Source: Octopus sinensis (lineage: Eukaryota). Taken from it: a stretch of DNA of 64,000 nucleotides. The stretch covers positions 54,324,464 through 54,388,463 of the forward strand of contig NC_043011.1 of the NCBI RefSeq assembly GCF_006345805.1, written 5' to 3'. Of the stretch, positions 1 through 11,574 are shown piece after piece. The position numbers and the translations under genes are program-made. Below the pieces are notes generated by a model. That model was not told the origin of the DNA. It made no database searches and saw nothing but the letters and a program-made list of their open reading frames with translations. Every line of letters begins with the position of its first letter. Within the stretch, counting starts at the first letter, position 1.

Positions 1-474
1 AATACAAAATATGCATGTATGTATTCATGCAAAATGAGAGAAAGCAAAGGGTGGAGACATTCCTACAATATCTAATATCTTAAATTTATCTGTATAATTG
101 CCCCTATACCCACTCAACTTGATGTTTCTTACAGCCCTTCTTTACCTTGTGGAGTCAATCCCCTGTACAGACATCAGAATCTAAGTCTGAATCTTGTGAG
201 CTCTACTATGTGTCTTCTGCACTGAAAATCTCTGAATCTCATCTGTGGACTAATAAACATACATATAAAAAATTATAAATTTTCTAGCTTATATGCTGAG
301 AAATAGATGCAAAATCATCTCGCCACACAATTTAGCATCTATTTCTCAGCATATAGGCTAGAAAATTTTTCTAAGCCCTTATTATAAATAAAAATATAAT
401 TTTCACTTTAATTGGTTTCATTTTATATGCTGGCCGCTGATAAATTTTTTTTAAAAACAAGTTTTATCCTCTCT

Positions 475-515
<41 letters not shown>

Positions 516-900
516 TAGGCATAGGAGTGGCTGTGTGGTAAGTAGCTTGCTTACCAACCACATGGTTCCAGGTTCAGTTCCAGTGCATGGCACCTTGGGC
601 AAGTGTCTTCTACTATAGCCTCGGGCCAAGGCATTGTGAGTGGATTTGGTAGACGGAAACTGAAAGAAGCCCGTTGTATATATATGTGTGTGTGTGTGTG
701 TCCAACATCACTTGACAACTGATGCTGGTATGTTTGCGTCCCCGTAACTTAGCAGTTCGGCAAAAGAGACCAATAGAATGAGTACTAGGCTTACAAAGAA
801 TAAGTTCTGGGGTTGATTTGCTCGACTAAAGCTGGTGCTCCAGCATGGCCGCAGTCAAATGACTGAAGCAAGTAAAAGAGTAAAAGAGAGAGTAAAGAGT
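516..900 (+). mobile_element. tRNA-headed SINE, family A (full length)
   Basis: Head gtggctgtgtggtaag...ggttcagttcc (A/B-box-like), body ...ctgaaagaagcccg..., 3' tail (gtaaaaga)n. At least 10 near-identical copies in the window. Confidence 0.85.
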
Positions 901-2830
901 TCTGGTGTGTTTTTAAAATTCTTGAAATGACTTTTCCACGAAGGGAGTCGTGAGAAGATTTTGCTTAACTCTAAGTTTGGAATTTAAGCAAAATGGTTGA
1001 CTCCTAGAAATATATCTGCTAGTGACCCCCCACCTGCCCCTTTAAGAAAGACGCATTGATTTTATTTATTTTTTTTTTTTTTCATATAAGCAATTTGTGA
1101 CACAAACGATATCTTGAAAATCCTGCAAGAAATGGGTAAATTGTGAAGCAAACCTCAAATTTTGTTATCAAGTCAAACACGATTGTCTTTTTCCTTTTCA
1201 CTTAAACACACAACATCATCATCATAATTATTCAGTGTGCATGTTCCATGTTGGCATGGGGTGTGACAGGATCCGATGAACTCTGATGTCAGCTTTTGCA
1301 CACTTTCTAAAGCTTGATATCCTTCCTAACATCAACCACTTTACAGCATGGACTCAGTGCTTTTCTTTTTGTTCTGTGCCACCAATATCATTGAGGTGGC
1401 ACAAAAAAAATCACCCAATACACGCTGTAATGTGGTTGACATTAATAAGGGCTCACACACTCACAAACACACATATATATACACACGATACATAAGAACA
1501 AGAGAGAAAGAGAGTGCAGCTAAGAAACCCTGAGTCTTTGATAAAAGTGTTGAAGCTCTCAGAATGGCTGGCATTCTGAGAACTTCAAGAAATTACAAGT
1601 GTGCATGGGTGGTGGTGACATTGATGGAAAAACACAAACGAAATAATGGTTGGCACTGAGGTTCTTGACATAAGTGTGTAAGGAATGTACTAGTGCATTT
1701 GTTTACTTTGGGTGTGAGAGAGGTGAAGGGTCTATATGATGATAGTGAAGGGTTGGGCTTAGATGCTGCAAGGAAGGAGGAAGATGATGATGTGAAAACA
1801 ACATAAAGGCAGCAAATTATAAAACTAAACAATAAGCAACATTATCATCTCTTTTTAAACATAAAACCATTAAAACAGGTGTCCTATTCTGTGAGGGCAA
1901 TAAGTGAGGGTCGAAAATAACACTGTGCAACATAATTTTGGTCCTTGGGTAGCATCTGTCATTTCCTATTTGCTTACCCCTAGAAAATATGAAAAATGGT
2001 TAATATTTCCTTCAAAGTTTGCTTTCGGTAAATTTATTCAAACCCCAAAGAATCCCTTTCAAAACCTGGCTATGATGCTTCCCCACAACATTTGCTCATG
2101 ATCAGAGGTGCACATATTGACAGCCACCAAGGGACATGCTCAGCTAGTTATGCTCAAGCAAATCTGTAATATTGAGCAGAATATTTAATATAACGATATT
2201 TCTGCTTCAGCAACTCGGTGCTTAATCTGTCCGTAATGTAATGGAAAAGAGATCAGTTTCAAAATATTGATGTCCAGGTCACAAAAGCAAAGTTTGAAAG
2301 GAATAGTAAACATTCTCTATGATTTCTAGATAGAAGCAAATAGGACATAACACTTTCTGACCAAAGACAAAATATATATATATATATATATAAATTTATA
2401 AATAAGGATAATATCGATCTTATCAAGTGGCCAGCATGGGAATAAATACCATACAAAGGTAATAATTATTTAAAACTATAAATTACACCTCACAATAATC
2501 CTTCCGCCTCACAACACCCACTGACTATATTTTTTCCCCTTACATACCTCACACAATCATTTATTGTATTAAGAAGGTGAAGAGAGATAATATAGTTCTA
2601 AAGGGTCCTCTCTAACTTGGTCCCTATAACATGGACTAAAATCCCATTTTTTTAAATTCCATTTCTCTCTCTGCCTTGTCTGTCTTAGAAACTACATAGA
2701 GATCCTTTGCATCTGCTTGAATCCACATAAAATGGATGATAAACTTTTATAGAAGAGAAGAATACCAAAACTTTTTTTTCTTTTATAATTCATACCTGGA
2801 ATTTATCTTCTGTAACAGCTAAATTCAACA

Positions 2831-3215
2831 GTGGCTGTGTGGTAAGTAGCTTGCTTACGAACCACATGGTTCCGGATTCAGTCCCACAGCGTGGCACTTT
2901 GAGCAAGTGTCTTCTACTATAGCCTCGGGCCAACCAAAGCTTTGTGAGTGGATTTAGTAGACGGAAACTAAAAGAAGCCCATTGTATATATGTATGTGTG
3001 TGTATATGTTTATGTGTCTGTGTTTGTCCCCCCCTCAACATCGCTCAACAACCGATGCTGGTGTGTTTACGTCCCCGTAACTCTGCAGTTCGGCAAAAGA
3101 GACCGATAGAATAAGTACTAGGCTTACAAAGAATACATCCTGGGGTCGATTTGCTCGACTAAAGGTGGTGCTACAGCATGGCCGCAGTCAAATGACTGAA
3201 ACGAGTAAAAGAGAG
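2831..3215 (+). mobile_element. SINE family A
   Basis: Colinear with 516-900. Confidence 0.85.
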
Positions 3216-3625
3216 AGGCTGGTTTTCTCAGGTGACAAAATTTTAGGTTGACAAAGATTAAATTCTGATTGGACATAACTAAATATACCAGGAACCACCC
3301 CTGTTTTGGCACAGAGCTTTGGAAGAACTTTATGAAGGAATGCATTTCACCAATTCACACACACACACACACAGGTGTCTAAGTTTGACAATGGTACCAG
3401 ACTAAGGTAGGACAATAAAGATGACATTCACAAAACTTAAATACATGAACAAAAAACAAAATAATAATAATAATAATAATAAACTGTAGAAAAAAGATAT
3501 TTGAAGCAAATAAAAAATAAATAAGGTGAAAATATAAGAAATAAAGAAAAAGAAGCAAATGAAACTCACGTTACAATTGTCTGAAGGGGGGAGGTGCATT
3601 GGAGAAGGTGGGAGACGAGAGGATG

Positions 3626-4423
3626 TCATACAACTGTGCAAGATGGACATAGCCAGGACGTGCGTTTCGCTAATGATGAAGATCTGGATACACCTATGGA
3701 TCTCGGAGACTGTGCTAATGTCCCTTTTCCGCTAACACTGTCAGGACATGGCTGGACAACATTACATGCACATTGGACATCTGTGGTGTGAGGTGTGGAA
3801 TGTGCTTCATGCATCGTCATACTACTGAGGCTACCATCTCTGCCACTGCCACCAGAATCTGCAGGAGTACCTAGGCTGGGAGCATGAACGGTCGGATGCT
3901 GTGACAGAATTAGAGAATTGCTATCGAGGTTTGATGTGTTGATACTTGGATTGTAATACTCCGACGACAACAAGGTCAGTGTCGAAGCTTGATCGAGGTT
4001 GTCGAGGTTACTCTTTCCAAGGTGCTCAGGAAGGTCATCGAGGCTGGTGTCAATGAAGTCTTCTGATGAAGAGCTATGGTGTTTCATGTGACGCTGCCAG
4101 TTCATCAGAACACTCTCAGCCATTAACACCTGTCTAGCCGTGTCATGGAAGGAGATACGAGACTCTTCAGCACCGTTCAGAGAAGATTTTGATAGATGGT
4201 TCTCGGCATAATTCCTAGACCGAACACTATTCCGAAAGTTAGAGAGCAGCCTCTGCTCGTATTCAAACACAGCATAATCGTGAATATTCAACTTTGCAAT
4301 TTCTACGTCGCTCATGTCCTCGCCATTTACAGACAAGGTGTTCCTTCGCAAATGTCTGGTGGAAGTGGGAATTTGAGGTGAGTTACCTGGGCCGTTCTTC
4401 ACATGAAATAGAAGGTAGACTGG
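3626..4423 (-). CDS. INPP5A: INPP5A-like last coding exon (PVYLLFHVKNGPG + ~250-aa Ser-rich extension ending CTVV*)
   Basis: Acceptor tttctccaatgcag|CCA at 4423. Phase 0 continuation of DHK|PV matches the type I 5-phosphatase C-terminus (human DHKPVFL). Open for 265 codons to TGA at 3626-3628; ends in a CaaX box. Confidence 0.9.
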   Translation of the reverse strand, partial: PVYLLFHVKNGPGNSPQIPTSTRHLRRNTLSVNGEDMSDVEIAKLNIHDYAVFEYEQRLLSNFRNSVRSRNYAENHLSKSSLNGAEESRISFHDTARQVLMAESVLMNWQRHMKHHSSSSEDFIDTSLDDLPEHLGKSNLDNLDQASTLTLLSSEYYNPSINTSNLDSNSLILSQHPTVHAPSLGTPADSGGSGRDGSLSSMTMHEAHSTPHTTDVQCACNVVQPCPDSVSGKGTLAQSPRSIGVSRSSSLAKRTSWLCPSCTVV

Positions 4424-4639
4424 CTGCATTGGAGAAAAAAAAAAAAAAACAGTCATGAATATAATTACAAGATTAAAAAAAGAACAATGTCAGATTAATG
4501 TCAAATATGCATAGCAATTAATACAATATGCAAATATTACACATTAACATATTTTAATCAACACATAATATACAAGCATCATATTTCAATCAACATATCA
4601 AAGAATATATTAAAATAAAGGAATAATATTCACAGATCC

Positions 4640-4985
4640 AACATGAATGTGACTTTATCCATCCATCTTCAATTCCTAAGATGGTCATGGAAGTAGAGTC
4701 CTCAGGTGCCTCCTTCACAGGATCCTAGCTGATGCTATCTGATTTTTGGCTGGATTCCCAAGTGTGACCAACTTAGACGATTGACATTATCCAACCATCT
4801 CACTCGTGTTCTAACCTTTGGTCTCCTGCCAGTTGGCTTGAAGAATCCGTCTTGTGATTCTTCCCTGCGACATTCTAATCATGTCTACAGTACAGGAGCA
4901 GTGGTCTTTCAATGCGGAGAAGCAGCAGCTTGTCTTGAACAGACTCCTTAACCTCTGAGCCGTACAAGTAATGTTGTGACTTTAT
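4640..4985 (-). mobile_element. RTE-type LINE 3' fragment (degenerate)
   Basis: Minus-strand frameshifted translation resembles the end of RTE ORF (..IRMSQGRITRRILQA..VRTRVRWLDNV). Confidence 0.55.
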
Positions 4986-5494
4986 ACAATGAATAATCCC
5001 ATGGGAGCTAAAGAGAGAGCCTCAGTCTGGTCCTTTGACCTGCTAGAAATAACATCTAACTATCCCTTAAATGACATTCTCCTGCCTTAAACAGGAAAGG
5101 ACACTTTGCATTGGATGATGTGGCCCTATGTATAATATATCTGAGTAAAAGATGGAATGGTCATGGGAGGGCTTCATTTGATCATCCCTCTGGATCAGAG
5201 CTGACCTGGACTTAACTGTTTCAGAGGGGATCCACAGACATCTGTAAATATTTGCATCAGGTTAACTATCAGCTCAAAATATCAAAAACTGGGCATAGCT
5301 TAATCTGTGCACAATTGTATGTGTACATATAGGACATATAGGTATAATATATGTATATATAAATCATTTTCAGTGGCTGAACTCAAAGTAAATAAAACTA
5401 TAAATATCATGTAAATATTGGGTTAAATATTGGATTGGAAAAGTCAAAGGCAGCATATATGATGGTTCTTATAATGAGCATACATACATACATA

Positions 5495-5536
<42 letters not shown>

Positions 5537-6369
5537 GAGATGGATTTTATATTCAATGATGTCATTATTTACCCTAAGTGCAGATTATCTTGGACTAATG
5601 CTAGTTGCATCTGATCACATTTTGCAATCCAACAGCAAAAGACAACAATAAAATTCCTGATGAACAAGAGACCATGACCATGTCTAAAATGTCGCCAACA
5701 TTTCCAATTATGTTACACATGTCTGCAGAAAATATTACAGGTGTGATCAGCTGTTTCTCTTAGACATGGTGCTATTTTTCCCCATGGTACTGCCACTTGG
5801 TACCACTTCCTTTGTGGTACCACTTTCCTAAGCAGTATGACTTGTTGGTACTAACACAATATGCAATACCTGTGATAAGAGAAATATTAACTATTTCTGA
5901 TGTTAATAATTTCCATCTACATGCCGCAACTTACACTGTTTCATATTGTCTTTCTCAACTTTCATCTTTTCAGAAATTAACAGATAAAAAAATAAACGTC
6001 AACATCAGTTGGTTTATCTGACATTATGCAAGTCTCAGCAAACATATTTAAAAGCATAAAAATTTTAAAAAAAACATCTAAATACCAATACTGAAGTGGA
6101 AAATCAAATGAAATTCATGTAAAATTATGTACAAATCATTAATTAAAATGGGTATGAGCTAATGAAAATGGTTTGTTAGGAATTGAGAACAAAAATGTCT
6201 TGTTGTGGAGGTTGACTGCACAGAAGTCAACATGTTGCTGAATTCTGATGAAAAACAGAACATTTTTGGTCAAATACTTCAAGACCTACAACTTCTGGAG
6301 CCGCCAGAAAATAGTAATGTGTACTTTACTTAAGTACCGTGAATATATGATTACAAAAATAATTAACTA

Positions 6370-6716
6370 CAGGGTGATTCAAAAGTCGCCATACATAGGA
6401 ACAATTCATTTTTTTATAAGAAGCAGTTTATAGGAACAGTTTTTTTTTAGTTTATCTAACAGGCTCTATATGGTTACCATTGTTTTGAATACACATTGCA
6501 CTACGTTTACACCACTCATCGTGAACTCGTAATAAGCAAATGAGTTGGTGATGCGTTCCTTCAAATGATTTATGTCTTTTATCTTTCTGCGATACACCAT
6601 GCCTTTCAAATGCCCCCAAAGATAGAAATCAAGAGGGGTCAGATTAGGGGATCTAGGAACTGCTTCTTATAAAAAAATAATTTTTTCTTATGTATGTAGA
6701 CTTTTGAATCATCCTG
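6370..6716. mobile_element. Tc1/mariner-type non-autonomous element with transposase relic
   Basis: TIRs cagggtgattcaaaagtc / gacttttgaatcatcctg flanked by TA on both sides; internal minus strand encodes PRSPNLTPLDFYLWGHLKGMVY. Confidence 0.85.
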
Positions 6717-6884
6717 TATTATTAATTAAGTCATATTTAAATCAAATAAAAAATAAATTACTTAATGAAACAAATATTTGGTTTGAGGCATTGTAAAAAA
6801 TACTTACATATCGTGTGTGTATGTAAAGTTGTGCATGAGTCAGTTTGTGTGCATGTAATGTTGTATATGTTTACGAATGTCGAT

Positions 6885-7075
6885 CATGGCAGCCACCATG
6901 ATTGACCGCTAGCCACTAAAGCCTTTTCTATTCTCTCTGTTTTTCTCGTGTTCCTTTCTGTTGAAGAGCATAGGCTCGAAACATAAAAGACTTTCTCACC
7001 TTCCCGAGCATTAAAACTAATAAACCTGTTTGTTGTTTATATACCTGCCTTCGTCTTTTCTAAATTCCAACTAAA
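6885..7075 (+). mobile_element. Short Penelope-pLTR-like repeat, family B, with hammerhead-like motif
   Basis: Second copy at about 54200-54385 (minus); both end in aacta(ta)n. Confidence 0.65.
6954..6989 (+). ncRNA. Minimal type I hammerhead-like motif (family B, variant core)
   Basis: CTTT CTGTTGA A GAGC ATAG GCTC GAAA CA TA AAAG; stems I and II pair perfectly; A6>U in the core. Confidence 0.5.
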
Positions 7076-7261
7076 TATATATATATATATATGAAGTTAT
7101 GTATGTAAAGTTAAGATGAAATGTTTTGCTCCAGGACACACTGCACCACTGACTGCATCCAGGAATCAAAGCCGTGCTCTTGTAATCATGACTGCAACAC
7201 TTTAGCCACTAGACCATGTGCCTTCATGGCTAAATAAATAACTGACACTCTATCAATTACA

Positions 7262-7563
7262 AAACAAGGGTTCCAGTTGATCCGATCAATGGAACAGTCA
7301 GCTCATGAAATTAATGTGCAAGTGGCTGAGTATTCCACAGACATATGTACCCTTAAAGTAGTTCTCTGGGAGATTCAGCTGACATAAAGTGGGACAATGG
7401 TGGCCCTTTGAAATACAGGTACAACTCATTTTTACCAGCTGAGTGGACTGGAGCAATGTGAAATGAAGTGTCTTGCTCCACGACACAATGTGCCGCCAGG
7501 AATCGAAATCATGACCTTACAATCATGAGCCAAATACCGTAACTACTAAGCTATGTGCCTTCA
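7262..7563 (-). mobile_element. tRNA-headed SINE (further family; related heads at 23022-23285, 25302-25620, 30643-30965, 54857-55168, 62492-62760)
   Basis: Shared head ...tagtggttag...ggttcgattcc...gtgttgtgtccttgagcaagacacttcatttcac. Confidence 0.7.
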
Positions 7564-7896
7564 CCTTTACAGCTAAGAGTTAAAAAATAAGGTGAGAGTA
7601 TAATGATAGTCATTATATCACACAAAAAAAAAGACAACGTTGAATGTAAGTTAATGAATAGAACAATGGAAAAATGAGAGAGATGAATTGAAGATTATCT
7701 GAACATGTTAAATGAAACAAGAATTATGGTAAGATTAAGAATACATTGGTTAGTAGAACTCAACAACACCGTTACATACCTGCTCTTGAATAGCTTGACA
7801 AAAGAAATTCATTTGCATAGAATTGTTTCAATGTTATCATTATTATTATCATTACAATTATTATGAAAAAAAAATATCATCAGAGAGGTGATGCAT

Positions 7897-8230
7897 ACCC
7901 TGCGTGCACACAAGGATAAAATGAAATTCAATTTAATAACTATATTCTTAGACGAATTCATATTTCAACAAAATGACCTCAAGAGTTATTTCCCCTGCTT
8001 ATCATTTATGCACATGTAACAAAGAAAATAGACATTTTGATTCACCCATCCACCAATTTTGAGGATAGTCAAACCAAAATTTAATGAGTTTGAGCCACTC
8101 ATCCAATGAGTATCTCTACCAAATTTGGTGAAAATCCATTTGGCCATTTTCCTGTAATTTTGCAAACACACAGACAAAAAGACAAAGATGAGCAACTACA
8201 ATACCCTGCTTTTGCTTATGTGCGCAGGGT
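7897..8230. mobile_element. Non-autonomous DNA-transposon-like repeat
   Basis: Imperfect terminal inverted repeats taccctgcgtgcaca / tgtgcgcagggta; interior resembles 12910-13187. Confidence 0.45.
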
Positions 8231-8265
8231 AATTATTATTAATAGTAATTATAATGACAATAATA

Positions 8266-9310
8266 ATGGCGCATTGGCAAAATTGTTAGCATATAAGACA
8301 AAATGTTTATCGGAATTTCTTGTAGCACTTAATGTTCTGAGTTCAAATTCTGCTAAGGTTGACTTTACTTTGCATTCTTTCAGGGTCTACATAAAATAAA
8401 GTACCAGCTGAGCACTGGGGTCAATGTAATCAACTAATCTTCTCCCCAAAATGTTAGGCTTTGTGTCTATAGTGGAAAGGGGTTATTTAAAAAGGTCATG
8501 AGACACAAGCATTAACACACCAAATAAAATGCCTAGTTGCATCTCTTCTAGCTTTACATTCTGAGTTCAAATTCCATCAAGGCTAACTTTGCCTTTCAGC
8601 CTGTTGGGATTGATAAAACAAGTACCAGTTGAGCACTGGGATTGATATAATTGACTTACCCCCACCCCCCAAAATTCCAGGCCTTGCACTCGTAGTAGAA
8701 AGGATTATTATTATTATTATTATATTATTATTATTATGAAGGCAGTGAGCTGGCAGGATCATTAGCATGCTGGACAAAATGCTTAACAGCATTTCATCTA
8801 TCTTCTTGTTCTGAGTTCAAATTCCACTGAGGCCAACTTTGTCTTTCATCCTTTCAGGGTCAATAAAAAAAGTACCAGTCAAATACTGGGGTTTATGTGA
8901 TTGACTTCCCCTCGCCTCGAAAACTGCTGGCCCAGTGCCAAAATTTGAAACCGTTATTATTATTATTATTAAGTTTAGCAAAACCGTTTGCACATCAAAC
9001 AAAATGATTTGCAGCATTTCTTTCAACTCTTTACGTTCGGAGTTCAAATTCTGTTAGGGTCAACTTTGTTTTTCATCCTCTCGGGGTTGATTAAAATAAG
9101 TACCAGTCAAGTCCTGGGGTCAACAAAACTGACTTACCCCACCCTCCCGCAAAGTTTCTGCCCTTAAGCCTATAGTAGAAAGAAGAAAGTTATTGTAGTA
9201 AAGGTGGTAGAAACTTAGCTAAGACAGTTTACATGAAGTTTAAAACTTTGGAGTTTTGAGTTCAAAACCTATTGAGTCTTGATATTTTTTTCTTCCCGCA
9301 GTGTTGACAA
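8266..9310 (+). mobile_element. Cluster of about 5 tandem degenerate SINE family D copies
   Basis: Repeated ttctgagttcaaatt...ctttgcctttcatcc...ataaaataagtaccag...ctgggg core, partly separated by (att)n runs. Confidence 0.75.
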
Positions 9311-9330
9311 AAGAAAATATTATTTACATT

Positions 9331-9740
9331 ATTTACATTTGACGGATATTTGTCCTCATCTTGTTTATTGTTAACACGTTTCAGCTGATATACCCTCCAG
9401 CCTTCATCAGGTGTCTTGGAGAAATGTCAAAACTGGGTTCTCATTCCTAAGGTATTTTTTGATATTATTATTATTCAGGTCACTGCCTGGAATCGAACTC
9501 GGAATCTTGGGGCTAGTAGCCCACGCTCTTAATCACTATGCCATATGTCCATGACCTGAATAATAATAATAACAACATCGAAAAATACCTTAGGAATGAG
9601 AACCCAGGTTCGAAATTTCCCCAAGACACCTGATGAAGGCTGGAGGGTATATCAGCCAAAACGTTGAGTTAACAACAAACAAGATGAAGACAAATATCCG
9701 TCAAATGTAAATAATGTACATAATTCCTCATCTCTTAAAT
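9331..9740 (-). mobile_element. tRNA-headed element with hammerhead-bearing tail plus inverted tail copy (family A')
   Basis: Minus-strand A box TGGCATAGTGATT and B box GAGTTCGATTCC at about 9483-9550; arms 9331-9482 and 9551-9717 are inverted copies; same layout at 37010-37315. Confidence 0.75.
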
Positions 9741-10004
9741 ATAGAACTGTAAAAGAAAATATATTCAGTAATATAATCAGGTAGACTTAGATAGCTATGA
9801 CCACTCCTCATCAAAGGAGTCTTATTCTCTCTGGTCCCCCAAAAATTGTCCTTATCATTAATAGTTTTAGAAATGGGGAGAAGGTAATACAAGGGTCCCA
9901 TTCTGGGGATGGCCCGCAAAGGCCATGAATTCTACTCCTCCACTCATTCCTTCTATCATATGAAAAGATAAAAAAAAGCTTAAATGTGAAGATGTGACAC
10001 CTAC

Positions 10005-10067
10005 CTTGTGGTCACCCATGCAGGTATTATGGCCTATGACATCATATTCAAGTCGATGTTCGTCATT
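10005..10067 (-). CDS. INPP5A: INPP5A-like exon NDEHRLEYDVIGHNTCMGDHK
   Basis: ctgctag| ... |gtaggt; 63 nt, phase 0/0; matches YDxIGxxxCMGDHK of type I 5-phosphatases. Confidence 0.95.
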
Positions 10068-10557
10068 CTAGCAGAGATAAAGAAAGACCTTAAATGAAGT
10101 TGGTGACACGAGAGGGACTTTTGCTTTATTTATGTATTTATTTGTAATGGAAGGAAGGGGCAGAAATGATGACCATTACAGGTCCAATAAAACTGGTGCT
10201 CAGGTGAAGAGTTTGATGTGGTTCATGTTTATCCTGAAATTTATACGTCAATGGCTTAGGAGGGAATCAGTTCCAAGGAGCTGGAAGTTTGGAGAAGATG
10301 AATCTAGTGTTGTTGTTGTTTAACCCCAGGTCAACTCTGACTGAGAAGACCCATGATCAAATCATTCCAGTCTCTGCTCTGTCTTTTTATTCAGGCTACA
10401 TTAACCAACGTGTTCAACAGATTTTAAAGACAATACAATGTAAGGAACTTGACTGCCATTTCTAGAAGGTCAAGTATACTTACACAAAGACATACATATG
10501 TGCATAATTCGTGAGTGTGTATGTATGTGTATGTATATATATATATATATATATATG

Positions 10558-10949
10558 TAGGTATAGGAGTGGCTGTGTGGTAAGTAGCTCACTCACCAAC
10601 GGCATGGTTCCGGGTTCAGTCCCACTGCATGGCACCTTGGGCAAGTGTCTTCTACTATAGTCTCGTGAGCAGATTTGGTAGATGGAAACTGAAAGAAGCC
10701 CGTCATATATGTGTGTATGTGTGTGTGTATGTTTGTGTGTCTGTGTTTGTCTCCCAACATCGCTTGACAACCGATGCTGGTGTGTTTACGTCCGAGTAAC
10801 TTAGCGGTTCGGCAAAAGAGACCGATAGCATAAGTACTAGGCTTACAAAGAATAAGTTCTGGAGTCAATTTGCTTGACTAAAGGCAGTGCTCCAGCATGG
10901 CCACAGTCAAATGACTGAAACAAGTAAAATAGTAAAGAGTAAAAGAGTA
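10558..10949 (+). mobile_element. SINE family A
   Basis: Colinear with 516-900. Confidence 0.85.
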
Positions 10950-11250
10950 TATGTAGCAAACAGTAACTCGCTTTACAAAATGTATTGAGTGCATTCTATC
11001 ATGAAATCTGCATGAGAAATCTTCAGAACAAGAACTCCCATCAAGCATAGTTTCAGCTGGTTCCTGACACTCTATGGGAGCTGGGTCCACCTATGTCATG
11101 TGTCCAAGGTGTTCTCCTGCTGTTTCAAAAATACTACTTTCATTAGCTCTTGAACCCAGGACCTTTGGGTGATTTTAATTCCTTGAACTGTGGTGTATAC
11201 CACACAGCCATGAAGACCACCGAAAGGACTTACAATGTGGACCTATTTAA

Positions 11251-11439
11251 CCCCTTAACATTCAGATTACTCTGTCAAAAGCAATGCTTATTTATTCACA
11301 CTGGTTTGAATTAATCATGATGTAACTGTCTATTTTTAGAATGGCTTGTAGGATAAGTGTGAGAAGCTGGATCTGGCCAGGTTGAACAGAAAAAGGACTG
11401 AATATCTGGGTCAAATATGGCTAGTAGAATACTAAAGGG
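11251..11439. mobile_element. piggyBac-type MITE (related copies about 18865-19058 and 43262-43701)
   Basis: ttaa|ccccttaacattc ... aatactaaaggg|tcaa; shared internal sequence among copies. Confidence 0.55.
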
Positions 11440-11574
11440 TCAACTCAGTGGATCTATTTAAATCTGTAAGAAACCAATATCTTGAAGAATTGTAAAGTAT
11501 TTAGTTACTAAGAAATATGCATTTGTATGTGTGTATGTATTTGTGAGGGCAGGTGTAAAGAAAGATCTATTTAC

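Noticed and set aside
63-73. ag|ATA TTG TAG that would complete a CNIL* CaaX after the 11-nt segment at 3570-3580
   Set aside because: No polypyrimidine tract and several competing AGs upstream; likely chance.
2790-2820. Donor-like CCAG|GTATGA at about 2795 (minus strand)
   Set aside because: No supporting acceptor context (a SINE abuts it) and no coding rationale; cannot be supported.
9483-9550. tRNA gene
   Set aside because: Has A/B boxes but no complete cloverleaf; it is a SINE head. The same applies to the other tRNA-like heads in the window.
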